The notes under the pieces: generated by a model
Told to the model about the DNA's origin: nothing
Database searches by the model: none
Seen by the model: the letters and a program-made list of their open reading frames with translations, nothing else
From: Octopus bimaculoides
Lineage: Eukaryota
DNA length: 64,000 bases
Assembly (NCBI RefSeq): GCF_001194135.2
Contig: NC_068989.1
Coordinates: 51,702,303 to 51,766,302, forward strand
Direction: 5' to 3'
Shown here: piece by piece, positions 1 through 11,870 of the stretch
How positions within the stretch are numbered: position 1 is the stretch's first letter
How the letters are laid out: each line of letters opens with the position of its first letter
Made by a program: the position numbers and the translations under genes

Positions 1-40
<40 letters not shown>
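1..40. repeat. (TA)n microsatellite
   Basis: Perfect TA run at the window start. Many similar TA/CA/TG/ATAC runs occur throughout, usually next to N gaps. Confidence 0.95.
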
Positions 41-43
<3 letters not shown>

Positions 44-537
44 TTTATTACATAACTGAACGTGACGCATCCATTTCCAAGTGTGCATATATTCATATAT
101 ATATTATAATATGCGTGTGTGTACCTACGTATACATTTAGTAATTAAATGTCGTAAAGAAGAGTACTGAATAACATTTTAACAATTAATGATATTGTAAT
201 TTGGTCGTGTCCACCTCGTGATACTCTGAGTTAGACCGGTTGGAACACACGATATTCAGTGAAGTTCTGACTGGTCAGTCGATGGAATTTGCTCATTTAC
301 ACACAAACATATATATGTGTGTATGTGTGTGACTCTAGTTTTCGAGTCATAGAGTATGATAGTGGGGGCAATATATGAGAAAATGTCGCGGAGCTAAAAT
401 AAGGAAAACAGGAGTGAATTCAGGAAAAAGATAAAGAGTAAATGTGAAAAAGGAGTAAAGTAAAACAAAGAAAAAGAAAAGGTACGTAAGGGGGTTTGAA
501 AGGAAGAAAATGAGGAAAATGGAGAAAGAGAAAATAC

Positions 538-2106
538 AGAGAAAAAAAGAAATGAGAGCAAAAATAAGACAAGAAGAAAAGAAGAAAAAGAGTGGGTAAA
601 TTCAAAAGAATAGAACAAAAAGAAGAAGAGAGCGAAAACAGTATAAANNNNNNNNNNTGTGTGCTTAAACGCGTGTGTGCTTAAACGCGTGTGTGCCATT
701 ACATATGCATACCTCTATACTTAAATATACGGGGGTGGTTATACGTATGCATTTATGCATAACATTCATATAATTTTTTTTAATAGTTTCATAGTTCAAA
801 CTTTTACTTAAGCATAACTAGGAAATTATCATTCTTGTTCACGCTCATAAATTCGAACTGTTAATTGTTTCCATATGTTGTCTTTCCTAAAATCATCTTG
901 CAATATCTTTTCGTAAACAGTATAATTAGCGTATTTTAGAATTCCTGGAATTGTATGATTCATTTCATTTTATCATGATTAAATCTAGTCCTTTATAAAA
1001 CAACGAAAATAGATAATTATATGTAAATAATTTTACCTTGTTTTAAGCGGCGAGCTGGCAGACAGTTCATGATGTCAATTACAAAAGACCTCTATGTGTC
1101 AGAAGAAACAGTCAGAAACGTTTTCCACGATGACATCAGATATAAGTCTTATAGACCAGAGCGAGAGGAAAACAGTGAACGCTGGGAGAAACATTTAAAA
1201 AAAAATATTGGTGAGGGGGGAAAACACGCCCGCTCTTTTAAACAACCGTGCAAGAAAAGAAAGTAGGTCATGTGAGGAAACGCAGTATAGACGATGGTTA
1301 CGTGTGAGCAACGAGAGAGAGAAAAAAAGAAGAATGAAGGAAGAAAACAGTATAGAATACTGAGTCGCATCAAAACAGGTAAATATAACCTTACATGGCA
1401 ACTTATGCGTCTATTAAATAATAACTAGTAACNNNNNNNNNNNNNNNNNNNNNNNNNNNNNNNNNNNNNNNNNNNNNNNNNNNNNNNNNNNNNNNNNNNN
1501 NNNNNNNNNNNNNNNNNNNNNNNNNNNNNNNNNNNNNNNNNNNNNNNNNNNNNNNNNNNNNNNNNNNNNNNNNNNNNNNNNNNNNNNNNNNNNNNNNNNN
1601 NNNNNNNNNNNNNNNNNNNNNNNNNNNNNNNNNNNNNNNNNNNNNNNNNNNNNNNNNNNNNNNNNNNNNNNNNNNNNNNNNNNNNNNNNNNNNNNNNNNN
1701 NNNNNNNNNNNNNNNNNNNNNNNNNNNNNNNNNNNNNNNNNNNNNNNNNNNNNNNNNNNNNNNNNNNNNNNNNNNNNNNNNNNNNNNNNNNNNNNNNNNN
1801 NNNNNNNNNNNNNNNNNNNNNNNNNNNNNNNNNNNNNNNNCGAGAGGAAAACAGTGAACGCTGGGAGAAACATTTAAAAAAAAATATTGGTGAGGGGGGA
1901 AAACACGCCCGCTCTTTTAAACAACCGTGCAAGAAAAGAAAGTAGGTCATGTGAGGAAACGCAGTATAGACGATGGTTACGTGTGAGCAACGAGAGAGAG
2001 AAAAAAAGAAATGAGAGCAAAAATAAGACAAGAAGAAAAGAAGAAAAAGAGTGGGTAAATTCAAAAGAATAGAACAAAAAGAAGAAGAGAGCGAAAACAG
2101 TATAAA
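538..2106 (+). repeat. Exact duplicated purine-rich blocks around gaps (538-647 = 1997-2106; 1162-1330 = 1841-2009)
   Basis: Base-for-base identical segments on either side of the gaps at 648-657 and 1433-1840. The two modules join at a shared GAGAAAAAAAGA word. May be an assembly artefact. Confidence 0.8.
1069..1152 (+). mobile_element. Tc1/mariner (maT/DD37D-like) transposase HTH fragment
   Basis: Translation MMSITKDLYVSEETVRNVFHDDIRYKSY resembles the recalled maT-type motif ..AKDL.VSE.TVRNVVHEDLRYKSY. It is preceded by an 18-bp SINE-head stub, AAGCGGCGAGCTGGCAGA (1045-1062). Confidence 0.55.
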
Positions 2107-2109
2107 AAG

Positions 2110-2560
2110 TACCTTGCCGACAATACTATAAACAGTCCTATCATTAACTGGAACATATTAGCAAAAGCAAGTGCCTGTAATAGACGGGGCACAGTATGAA
2201 AATAGCAGGTAACCTAAAATCTGTTTATCTTGTCTGCAAGCAACATCCAAATGCGAAGAGGAGAAACCCTTATTTCTTGCCGACATGCGAGGAAATTCAG
2301 TCTCCAAGTATTTAAACATACTCCTCCACCAGACGATTTCATTCTACAAACAGAACAGTAATAATCCTGCACGCAGTTTTTTAAACATCGGCTCCACCTC
2401 TTCATTCCTTATCACTATTATTTCCCAATGATTCCCAGCAGTCTTTTGTCGATGACTTCCTTATCTGTATCTCGGCTATCGGAATCGCTGTACGTAGCAG
2501 TTGATATACAGATAGCATTAACATGTCCGGCTTTAAGACCTACTCCTTTCAACAATATAA
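2110..2560 (+). mobile_element. Penelope-like element 3' end (GIY-YIG C-terminus, Naiad-like) plus 3' tail
   Basis: Frames give LADNTINSPIINWNILAKASACN and RGETLISCRHARKFSLQVFK, matching the PLE C-terminal pattern W.IL.KA..Y...CNLC...R.EL.S.CRH..KF. A decayed hammerhead-like motif follows at 2449-2527. Confidence 0.65.
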
Positions 2561-3870
2561 CTATATCTGCCATCAATTCCTCTTTATTTATACTATATCT
2601 GTTGATCACATGCAGCTTTAAGCTCAATATGTCTATTATCATTGCTATCATCTGATATTACACCCCTATATATTCTCAACAGGTTCGTTTGTTCTACTAA
2701 TCTTCTTTCTTATTTATCTCGCTTTCTTCATTGATATTTTGCCCAAATCTCGTTTCATGTTCAGGCTTTTTTCTACCACCTACCCTCATTCATTTTCCTC
2801 TTGTTTCTTCTGGTTTTCTTACTGTTTTGTCCTTTTGTCATGTTTCTCCTTTGTAATTATTATGAACACTTCCAATACCTTTACATCTTCATGTATCCTG
2901 TTATCTCTCCATTTTCTTTTTCAGTTACTATTTTCACTACTTATTTTTTTCTTATCATCTTTTCTCTAATCATCTTTTCTCTAATCTTATTTTATCAATT
3001 TTTTTTCAACGTTTTCTCCAGTTTTTTTTTTACCCACAATGTTTTTGATATCATCGCCAAAATACTATTCTATTTTGTTTTACCATTTTGTCTTCCTTCT
3101 TGTCTTCTTGCATTTATCTTATTATACTTTACTCTATCCATTTTGAAATATTAACCATTCCCCCAAAACACTACCCCGATTGTTAGGCTTTCCTTTCGGT
3201 TTAATTATCCTGATTTTCATTAATTTTCAAAATTATATTCATACCTCTCTCAATTTTTATCCATCCCTAATTTTTTTTTGTATTATTCTATTTCTATACT
3301 TTATTTACCATCTTACTATTTTGCCAATCAATAAATCAGCAACCACTGCCACTTCAACTCTCATGGTACTTTTAAATTTCATTCCTTATTCTTAATAGTA
3401 CGTCGTCTGCTGTATGCATCAGAGACCTGTCCCCACTTACCTATTTCATTCTATTTCTGCTTCCTCCTTTTTGCCCCTTTCTGTTTCTTCCTATCATAGT
3501 TATTTACTTTTTCTCTCTTTTCTCCTTTATTATCATTCCCTCCAACCCTCTTGTTTTCTTTGTTTTCCCCCTTTATCATACTTTCTCCCAATCATCATAC
3601 CCTGCGACTAGAAAAGCATAGCTATATATTAAGATAAATACGCAAACCCTATCGATGTGTGTGTGTGTTTGCATGCGTGCATGAGTATGTGTGTACGTGT
3701 ATGTGCATATTTATGCATATATCTATGTGAGTGCATATTTGTGAATTTGTGTTTCTTACTGAATTATGGTTGCTTTCATTTTATTCAATAGAAAATAGCT
3801 ATTTCGCATACTTTTTTTTCTCTATTTCGTTCATGAGAATTATATTTCCCGTGGTAATATTAACAGTTAC

Positions 3871-3992
3871 TAAGGCGACGAGTTGGCAGATCGTTCTCGT
3901 GTCGGGCAAAATACTTAGGTGTATTTCTTCCAATTGTACATTCTGAGTTCAAATGCCACCAGGGTTGCCTTGGCCTTTCATGCGTTTGGAGT
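3871..3992 (+). mobile_element. tRNA-derived SINE, family A (5' part, cut by a gap)
   Basis: Head GGCGACGAGTTGGCAGATCGTT, B-box-like CTGAGTTCAAATGCC and body GCCTTTCAT, all shared with other copies in this window. Confidence 0.8.
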
Positions 3993-4401
3993 NNNNNNNN
4001 NNNNNNNNNNNNNNNNNNNNNNNNNNNNNNNNNNNNNNNNNNNNNNNNNNNNNNNNNNNNNNNNNNNNNNNNNNNNNNNNNNNNNNNNNNNNNNNNNNNN
4101 NNNNNNNNNNNNNNNNNNNNNNNNNNNNNNNNNNNNNNNNNNNNNNNNNNNNNNNNNNNNNNNNNNNNNNNNNNNNNNNNNNNNNNNNNNNNNNNNNNNN
4201 NNNNNNNNNNNNNNNNNNNNNNNNNNNNNNNNNNNNNNNNNNNNNNNNNNNNNNNNNNNNNNNNNNNNNNNNNNNNNNNNNNNNNNNNNNNNNNNNNNNN
4301 NNNNNNNNNNNNNNNNNNNNNNNNNNNNNNNNNNNNNNNNNNNNNNNNNNNNNNNNNNNNNNNNNNNNNNNNNNNNNNNNNNNNNNNNNNNNNNNNNNNN
4401 N

Positions 4402-4547
4402 TCTGATTTTAAATTCCGTTAAGGTCACCTTTCCTTTTCATCCTTTAGTGTACAAAAAAGTTAGTACCAATTGAGCACTGTGCTTGATATGATAGGCTTC
4501 CCTTCTCCTTCAAAATTGCTGGCCGTGTACCAAAATTCGAAATCAAT
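4402..4547 (+). mobile_element. tRNA-derived SINE, family A (3' part)
   Basis: CCTTTTCATCCTTT...GTACCAATTGAGCACTG...AATTGCTGGCCGTGTACCAAAATTCGAAA is homologous to the tail of the copy at 4563-4790. Confidence 0.75.
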
Positions 4548-4562
4548 GTACACAGACTTTAA

Positions 4563-4790
4563 AGAGGCGAGCTGGCCGAATCGTTAGCATGCCGAGAACA
4601 CTGTTTAGCGGCATTTAGTCTGGCTTTAATGTTCTGTGTTCAAATCCCACCGAAATCCACTTTGCTTTTTATCCTTTCAGGGTCGTAAATATAAATACCA
4701 ATTGAGCACTGTGGTCGAACTAATCAACTAGTCTCCGCCATACCCCATCTATGAAATTACTGGCATTGTACCAAAGTATGAAACAAGTAT
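4563..4790 (+). mobile_element. tRNA-derived SINE, family A (near full length)
   Basis: A-box region GGCGAGCTGGCCGAATCGTTAGCA, B-box-like GTGTTCAAATCCC, and the body and tail shared with neighbouring copies. Confidence 0.85.
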
Positions 4791-7700
4791 ACACATAGGG
4801 TATATCAGTATTTTTGGCGATAATGTTTCAAGTTCTTCGCCAAATTATTGAACGTTATCTTTGGTATCTTCTGAAAAAATATGTTTTCGCTGATATAACG
4901 CTATACTTTCTCAATTTATTTGAGTATGTAAATGTTTAAATGTAGCAAAATTGCCCTGACCATGTTTCTAAATCCTGTCCGATTATATTAAATTCTTTCC
5001 TTTCCATAGTATATGTAACCAATTACATTATAGAAATGTGTATCTTTTTGTTTTGGTATATTCACCATTTTCTCTCTTCTAATAATGTAGCTTTTGTTTT
5101 TAAAACTTGCAGGGTAGGAAAGTACATGCTTAGAAACATCTGAAACAAATAAAATGTTCTTAAGCAAATTAGCTTCAATTCGATTTTACGCTGCAATATA
5201 CTTGCTTTTCTCTTTTCGTGCATAGAATGCTATGTATAATTGTGTTATATTATATATTTGCTTGTTAAGCGAAAGAATATAATCGTAACATACAAACAAC
5301 ATGAGAGTAAAAAAAAAAAAAAATGGTTATTAGTTCAGACAAAAAATACATATGAACAATGCGTACCGCATATTTTGAATTTGTCTTTTTTTTTTATAAC
5401 CCCGGTGTGTACTAAGTTTCCAAATTATTATTTTATATTTGTTTTCATATTCATGTGAATTCGTAAATTTACAATGTGTTTCTTATGGAAATGAAATAGA
5501 GTTTCCTTGCAAACGCACCCAGTTTGTAGTTAAACTCGTTTCACAATTGTTGCAATTGTCAGCAGATGATAATGTCCATGATGTTCAAAAACGTGTGAAA
5601 ACTAACGCAAGGTAACGATAAGCATGTTGCTAAAATGATCTTGAGATATACTATCACTGCAACTGATTAACTCATTGCCTCTCTTTCGAGTCTAATTCGA
5701 AAATTACACTGTGACTCTCAAGGAGTCAGTCATGCAACACACCAAACTATATTTGGTTGGTATTTTAATTATATACAAAGAGTTAATGAACTGTATAATA
5801 CACAAGTGTTAAAAAATAAAGCGCATAGTATATACTTTAAAAGTAAATAATGTTCGATGACCGCATAATGTATCCGGAATAAAAACAAGGAATTGTAAAT
5901 GCCGCAAAGCCTATTTACTTTTGTTTTTCGTAGTATAATTTAATTATGTAAAAGAACATCCCCCTTTGAAGAAAATGCCTCAATATATATATATAGACCC
6001 ATTGCAGAGTAATTTGTACATTTATGAAGTAGCATTAGCACTTTAAAAGTACTCTTTGCGAAACAACTGAATGGGAAAGGAAATGAATATTTTGTACTGG
6101 CTTATGTCTGATATATAATGAAAATACACAAACACAAGCTATCATCAACTCATTTCTGCAAACATTATTGTAAATATTATAATAATATAGTTATTCAAAT
6201 CATAGAGAATAAACCCTATGTTCAAAGATTCAACCAAGCATGGAGGTTTCGTACCAAACATAATCGTCTTTTTGACAATTTAGCTGCAGTCATCAGCAGG
6301 ACCAGCAACAAGCAAAACGTCCTGCATAAATTATGCATTAACTAGAGCGCCCTATCAGTTGATTGGACTTCATTGTGATGGTAGTCATATAATGCTCTAC
6401 TCCGACAGTATCGTTTTAAGAAGACAAATTGTTTATAGGCAAAACCTGATAGATCATTGCGTTAGTACATTTTCTTTTATGTCTGCCCAAACAGAGACTT
6501 TATTGCCCTAACAAATAGCTGCAAGTATGTGTGTGCGCGCGCACGCGTATATGTACATATATACATACACGCTTGCACACGCAATACGCCCACACTTAGA
6601 TGTATAATCACCATTATACCATTTGATATTTTCAAAAATTCATTTAGAGCAATGCGAAAGTGTAAATTTTAACGCAGACACCTAAGGCAAAATTAACTTC
6701 GTTTATTCATTAGATGCTCTTATATGAAGTAGAAATATGATTGTCCCTTAGCTATGCTGTATCACGGCAAAATATCACTTCAAGTATAGAAGTTTACGGT
6801 CATTTCAATACTCTTGTAGGATGAAGAACAATACAATCAACCGTTTAAAAACCTGTCGAGATTTTATATAAAATGCATATGAGCACAAATATAAAACTAT
6901 ATAGCCATTTGAAATAGAATCGAACATTGACCAACAGAACGAAAGAAAAACGTCAAGGAAACATTCTACGCATATTACTTCTTCAGGCTACTGATGATAA
7001 ATTCCAGAAAGTAAAATTGTCAAAGATGCAGCAACCTACTTACCAAACACTATAAAGACATGTATGATCACTTACTAGATACATGCCAGTGTAAACAGCA
7101 TAATGTCTTGATATGTATTAGAACATAATACTTGTTAGTTGTAAAAATTATTTAGCATTGTGGATGACAATATCACTAATGCACTAATAACGGAGAGCTG
7201 AATAACTACGACGGCTAAATCTTAATAACGAACTAATTTTGGAGTTGCTATTTTGGAATTAGATCTTGTAACAACATTGTACATCATCTCAATAGATTTT
7301 CTATCACTGAAGAGCTAATTCGCTATATATCATTAACAATGCACGGTTGTAAATGAGGAGATAACTGCTACGATATTTATCTATATGACTTAACAAGAAA
7401 ATATGCCCAATACAAATAATTTCTGTAGATGTTTCCATCTCAAACAGCTCGCCATATCCTACGGAGTTATTAAATTTACAATATGCTGGCATTTTGTTCT
7501 AGTTATGTCAATTATATTCCTTTGTAGATGTCTCACATTCTGCGCCAGTATTCTAACGGGAAGTTATTTGTTTCTTAATAAACTTGCAATGAAAACTGTA
7601 GGAGTATTCATATGAGATTTATTATGCATTCAATATTTTGATTCGTTGATGTGCTTCGTTTAAAAAATAGAATTTCATTTTCTTTATTGCTTTCATCTGT

Positions 7701-8703
7701 TGGCAAAATAGTATCAATGATGCAAATAATGATTAGCAACAGAATTTCGATGAAAGCCATTGTTACAATGCTGTCGAATTTTAAGACATTTCGCTATATA
7801 AAATGATATCCAACCAAAGGAAATAGTTCGTCATAAGGTCGCACTGAGAGACACATTGTCAGTCTATGTTCTATTGTCATCCATCAAACAAGAGGAATGT
7901 ATCTTCTATTCTCTGTCCTCTACTATATGTGTATATATTAATATGATGAACATAGAGAAAGACAATAATGAATCGACTAAAGTTCGTATTTTATCTAATT
8001 AGATTATCATAGATTTGGATTTTCGATTAAAAATCGTTGCTAATCAGTTCAGCTTAAATGAATTTTTGCATATCTTTATATGTTTCCTGAGGGCAACGAA
8101 AATACATATAAAATTATGATCCATGTTTATGCAAGAAGACGATGGACTATAGAGTTTCCCGAATACACGGTACAGATTTATAGAAGCTGATATATAACAG
8201 TAAATGTTCTTTATTATGCATAATATGGTAAGTGCAGATTAGTTTAGTTGCTTAGTATAATTGTCTATTTGATTATTTCAAACAACTTCAGGTTAAGAAA
8301 AGAGGAGCATTAACAAATATTACAAATGTACAAACCTATCTACCAACGTCAACAGACACATACTCACACACGAAAACACAGGCACACACTCACACACACT
8401 CCCAGACACACATACATACAGACCCACTCACGCATACGCACACACTCACTCACATGCAAACACATATATACAACAGGAACGGCAACAGCTATATTTATAT
8501 TTTGACTCTTGCTGTTTTAATTAGAAATATTCGACATACATCAAAATATATTTCTTTAGAAAATATTAGAGATTAAAGTACCGGGGAAACACCATTATTT
8601 TAGGCAACACGATTATTCCGTAAATTTCTTGAGCGTTAGCAACNNNNNNNNNNCAGACACATACTCACACACGAAAACACAGGCACACACTCACACACAC
8701 TCC

Positions 8704-9240
8704 CACCTGATGATGTCTTGAGCTAACTGGATCCTATAAAGGAGCTGTTGTAGTAGCAGACCACGAAACATGGTTGAAATTCCTCCTCTCCACCATTTTG
8801 TTTTTTACAGCAAGTGATTTTCCCTAACTCTCCTATGTGATAAGTTGCTACACATTAATATTGAATACAGCTAACTCCTTGGTGAATTTTACCTTAATCT
8901 CTATAGATTTTATTATTTCATTGTTTGGATAGTTGGCAATTACGCCGGACTGTTAATCAGTTACGTATTTTTTTTTTTAAACGTGCTTTAACTTGTTCAA
9001 AGAAACAAAATGTTTTCTCTCTATTACTTAATACCATGCTTTTTGTGGAAAGTTTCCCCACTTGTACATACAATATCCCCATATATTCTTCTTACATGCC
9101 TCTCACCAGACACCACCCTCATATCCCTATATCAATCCTTTCTTTACATACATTTAAAAATTGCCACTCGAATCAACATTACAAACCCCACCTAACAACG
9201 CCATAATACACATACACTGTCTCTCTTATGGGAACATACG
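8704..9240 (+). mobile_element. PLE-like terminal-repeat remnant with a hammerhead-like motif
   Basis: CTGATGA at 8707-8713 and GAAAC at 8765-8769, separated by a partly self-complementary segment. The C-rich tail downstream is similar in character to other PLE tails here. Confidence 0.35.
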
Positions 9241-9619
9241 CACAACCAGAAAATTGAGGAGATGCAAATTGAACAATTTTTAACAAAAAAAATCACTTCA
9301 TAAAACGATTATAAAGAGCAAAGAGCTTACTATTCGAGTTTATCCAACTCGAGTTTGTTGTCCCAAGCTTGGAGTTAGATCGAAATTCGAGTAACAGTTA
9401 GATAAGATAGACATGTATTCCCTTACGGCTGATGTAGTTTAAAATTTCGAGAAACTAGCTTCGAATCGATTTCTGTTCATCGAATATTCTTTCGAGGATG
9501 GAGACTCCTACTTTCTACCGTTTGCAACGCGTCAGCGCATGCCTGTTGACCGTTTTACTGCGTTTAATTTGTACAATGTTCCTTTGAAAAATTCNNNNNN
9601 NNNNAATGTTCCTTTGAAA

Positions 9620-9710
9620 AATTCAAATTTGATTACAAAAAATTCAAATTTGATTGCAAAGTATTCAAATTTGATTGCAAAGAATTCAAATTTGATGGCA
9701 AAGAATCCAA
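9620..9710 (+). repeat. 21-bp minisatellite (ATTCAAATTTGATTGCAAAGA)x4-5
   Basis: Tandem units are directly readable in the sequence. Confidence 0.9.
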
Positions 9711-10251
9711 AGTAGATCGAAAACACCTATAAAGTGAAAATGTTTGAAGATACATGAGAAAAATTGCATGCTTCAGGCTTTCTCTGCCATTAGCAAATCT
9801 TGCGACAACTAGATAGCTGTATTTTATTAAGAAGTTTTTATCATTTCCACCCATGTTAGTTACTTTACATTTAAGTAGTCATATACAGTTAAGATGAAAC
9901 ATGTGATACGGGGAAGTGCAGCATTGACGAAAAAATTTTGTGGAGTATATGAAGGACTAATTCGACTAAGTGACATGTCATGCGTCTGCTTGGAAGATTC
10001 CAGGCCCTAACCTTTTCATGGAAAAGTGGATGCGGTATAGGAGTTTTGAATGCACTAAAAAGCTATCGGTGGATATAACCTCCTTTGTAGCTGTCGGTGC
10101 TGCCGCTACTAGACTGAACAATCAGCAGGCATAAGAGCTATATCTATGCAATAAATTAAGCATGTGGGCGTGCTCAACAGCACTTCATGAAAGAAATGAC
10201 GTGGTAAGGTGGGGCGAATTGGCAAAGAAACGCTTGAAAACAACACGGTCG

Positions 10252-10670
10252 TGCGATATTTCGGCTTGGAATCAATAATCGTAGCTGAACCGTACATTCC
10301 TTCGCATAAACAGCGTGCGACTACTGTGAGGACAACTTAGCTCCCAAACGAAAGCAATTCTGCATACACCGTCGGGGTACGCATGGTCACATTAAGGACA
10401 TGGTACCAGACAAACGTGGTTGGGTCGGGTGTCGTTGGGTTGCTGACGTGGTTGGGAGTCAATAGTTGTAGCTCAACCATGCACTTCTTCGCGTAAACAG
10501 CGTGCGACTATTATGAGAACAACTCAGCTCCCAAACGAAAACAATTCTGCATGTAGCGTCCTGGCATGCAAGGTTACATTAAGAACATGGTCTCTAACTA
10601 AAGTGGTTGGGTCTTAGACACCATAAGTTAGTAGGTTAATTTATATGCGATATTTCGGTTTGTAATCAAT
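10252..10670 (+). repeat. 187-bp period diverged tandem duplication
   Basis: TAAACAGCGTGCGACT occurs at 10307 and 10494. AGCTCCCAAACGAAA..CAATTCTGCAT and GTGGTTGGGTC are also shared. A third partial unit (TGCGATATTTCGG) lies near 10647. Confidence 0.85.
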
Positions 10671-11713
10671 TCCTGAACAACATGTGTATGGCCTTCGACT
10701 ATGCTTAGACTTTGATACTGAAATTAAAAGAAATTAGTTGATTAGACGCTCAAGATGTAATCTATTTTAGCATATTTTTCATCATATACACAATGCGTTC
10801 CAAACGGATTTTATTCCAACAAATTGCTACCTATTGTACTATGTCACAGGCTATTATTACTACCACTTAGACAACCAGAAATCGGTTCATCCATTTAATA
10901 CAACATACTGATATCATTTCAGTATCTGTTTTTTCGATACGTACCCCCGGAGAAGAGGTTTTCTGCGCCCAGGTACCCCCATTACTCATGATGTAAAGGG
11001 TTTCAAGAGTCTAACTCCATTTCTGCAACACAAGCAATATATATTCGTATATTCCAAATTTGGAGAAAATGGGTTGTGAGCTTAAAAAGTCAGCCTTAGT
11101 TATATATAAATATATATATATTTATATAATTAGAAATATTGCATTTCAATCGATCAGTATTCAATAGATCATTGAATTTATTTCACTTGAAATCCGACAG
11201 CTAGAAAGGCCAAGCTACTCCAGCTAAAACTAGGCTCTGGATACTGGGTTTGTTGGAGAGAGATGCTTATCTCCCGTTTGAAAACTTAACGACAAAGAAC
11301 GCTTGTGTCACGTAGCCAACTAGAAACGGTGTTTCTTAGGGCTAAATAGCAGTAGCATTATTTCCCTTCCTAGGACTGACACACTAAGTTGGCACCAAGC
11401 CATTACTTTATTTATATATGTATATATATATATATATATATNNNNNNNNNNNNNNNNNNNNNNNNNNNNNNNNNNNNNNNNNNNNNNNNNNNNNNNNNNN
11501 NNNNNNNNNNNNNNNNNNNNNNNNNNNNNNNNNNNNNNNNNNNNNNNNNNNNNNNNNNNNNNNNNNNNNNNNNNNNNNNNNNNNNNNNNNNNNNNNNNNN
11601 NNNNNNNNNNNNNNNNNNNNNNNNNNNNNNNNNNNNNNNNNNNNNNNNNNNNNNNNNNNNNNNNNNNNNNNNNNNNNNNNNNNNNNNNNNNNNNNNNNNN
11701 NNNNNNNNNNNNN

Positions 11714-11870
11714 AACACAAGGAATAAAAAGGAAATCCGAAGAGAGTGACCAGTAGAACAGTTACATAAGGCGTCCCTCCGTGGCGCGGCCAAAATAATC
11801 AGGAAAGTATTAGAGAGTTGAAAAGAACAGATAGCATAGCATGATGTCGCAGACACAAAGCCCGCTACAT
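11714..11870 (+). mobile_element. R4/Dong-like non-LTR retrotransposon 3' end
   Basis: EQLHKASLRGAAKIIRKVLES* matches the RLE C-terminal pattern LQK.CLLGTA.I.RKVL. The DNA is homologous to 30240-30330 (ATAATCAGG.AAGTATTA...GAAAAGAA..GATAGCAT). Confidence 0.7.

Noticed and set aside
2660-3600. Pyrimidine-rich stretch giving F/L/S/I-rich membrane-protein-like ORFs
   Set aside because: This is low-complexity strand-biased DNA. Overlapping ORFs in all frames have the same bias, typical of decayed repeat sequence.
6245-6300. Minus-strand CTGATGA...GAAAC pair
   Set aside because: There is no stem II pairing and no NUH site with stem I, so chance co-occurrence is likely.
6340-6372. GAGCGCCCT plus GATTGG (CTCF-like and CCAAT-like words); similar CTGATTGGCT near 47610
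   Set aside because: Short motifs like these are expected by chance in 64 kb, and there is no CpG island, TSS or gene to anchor them.
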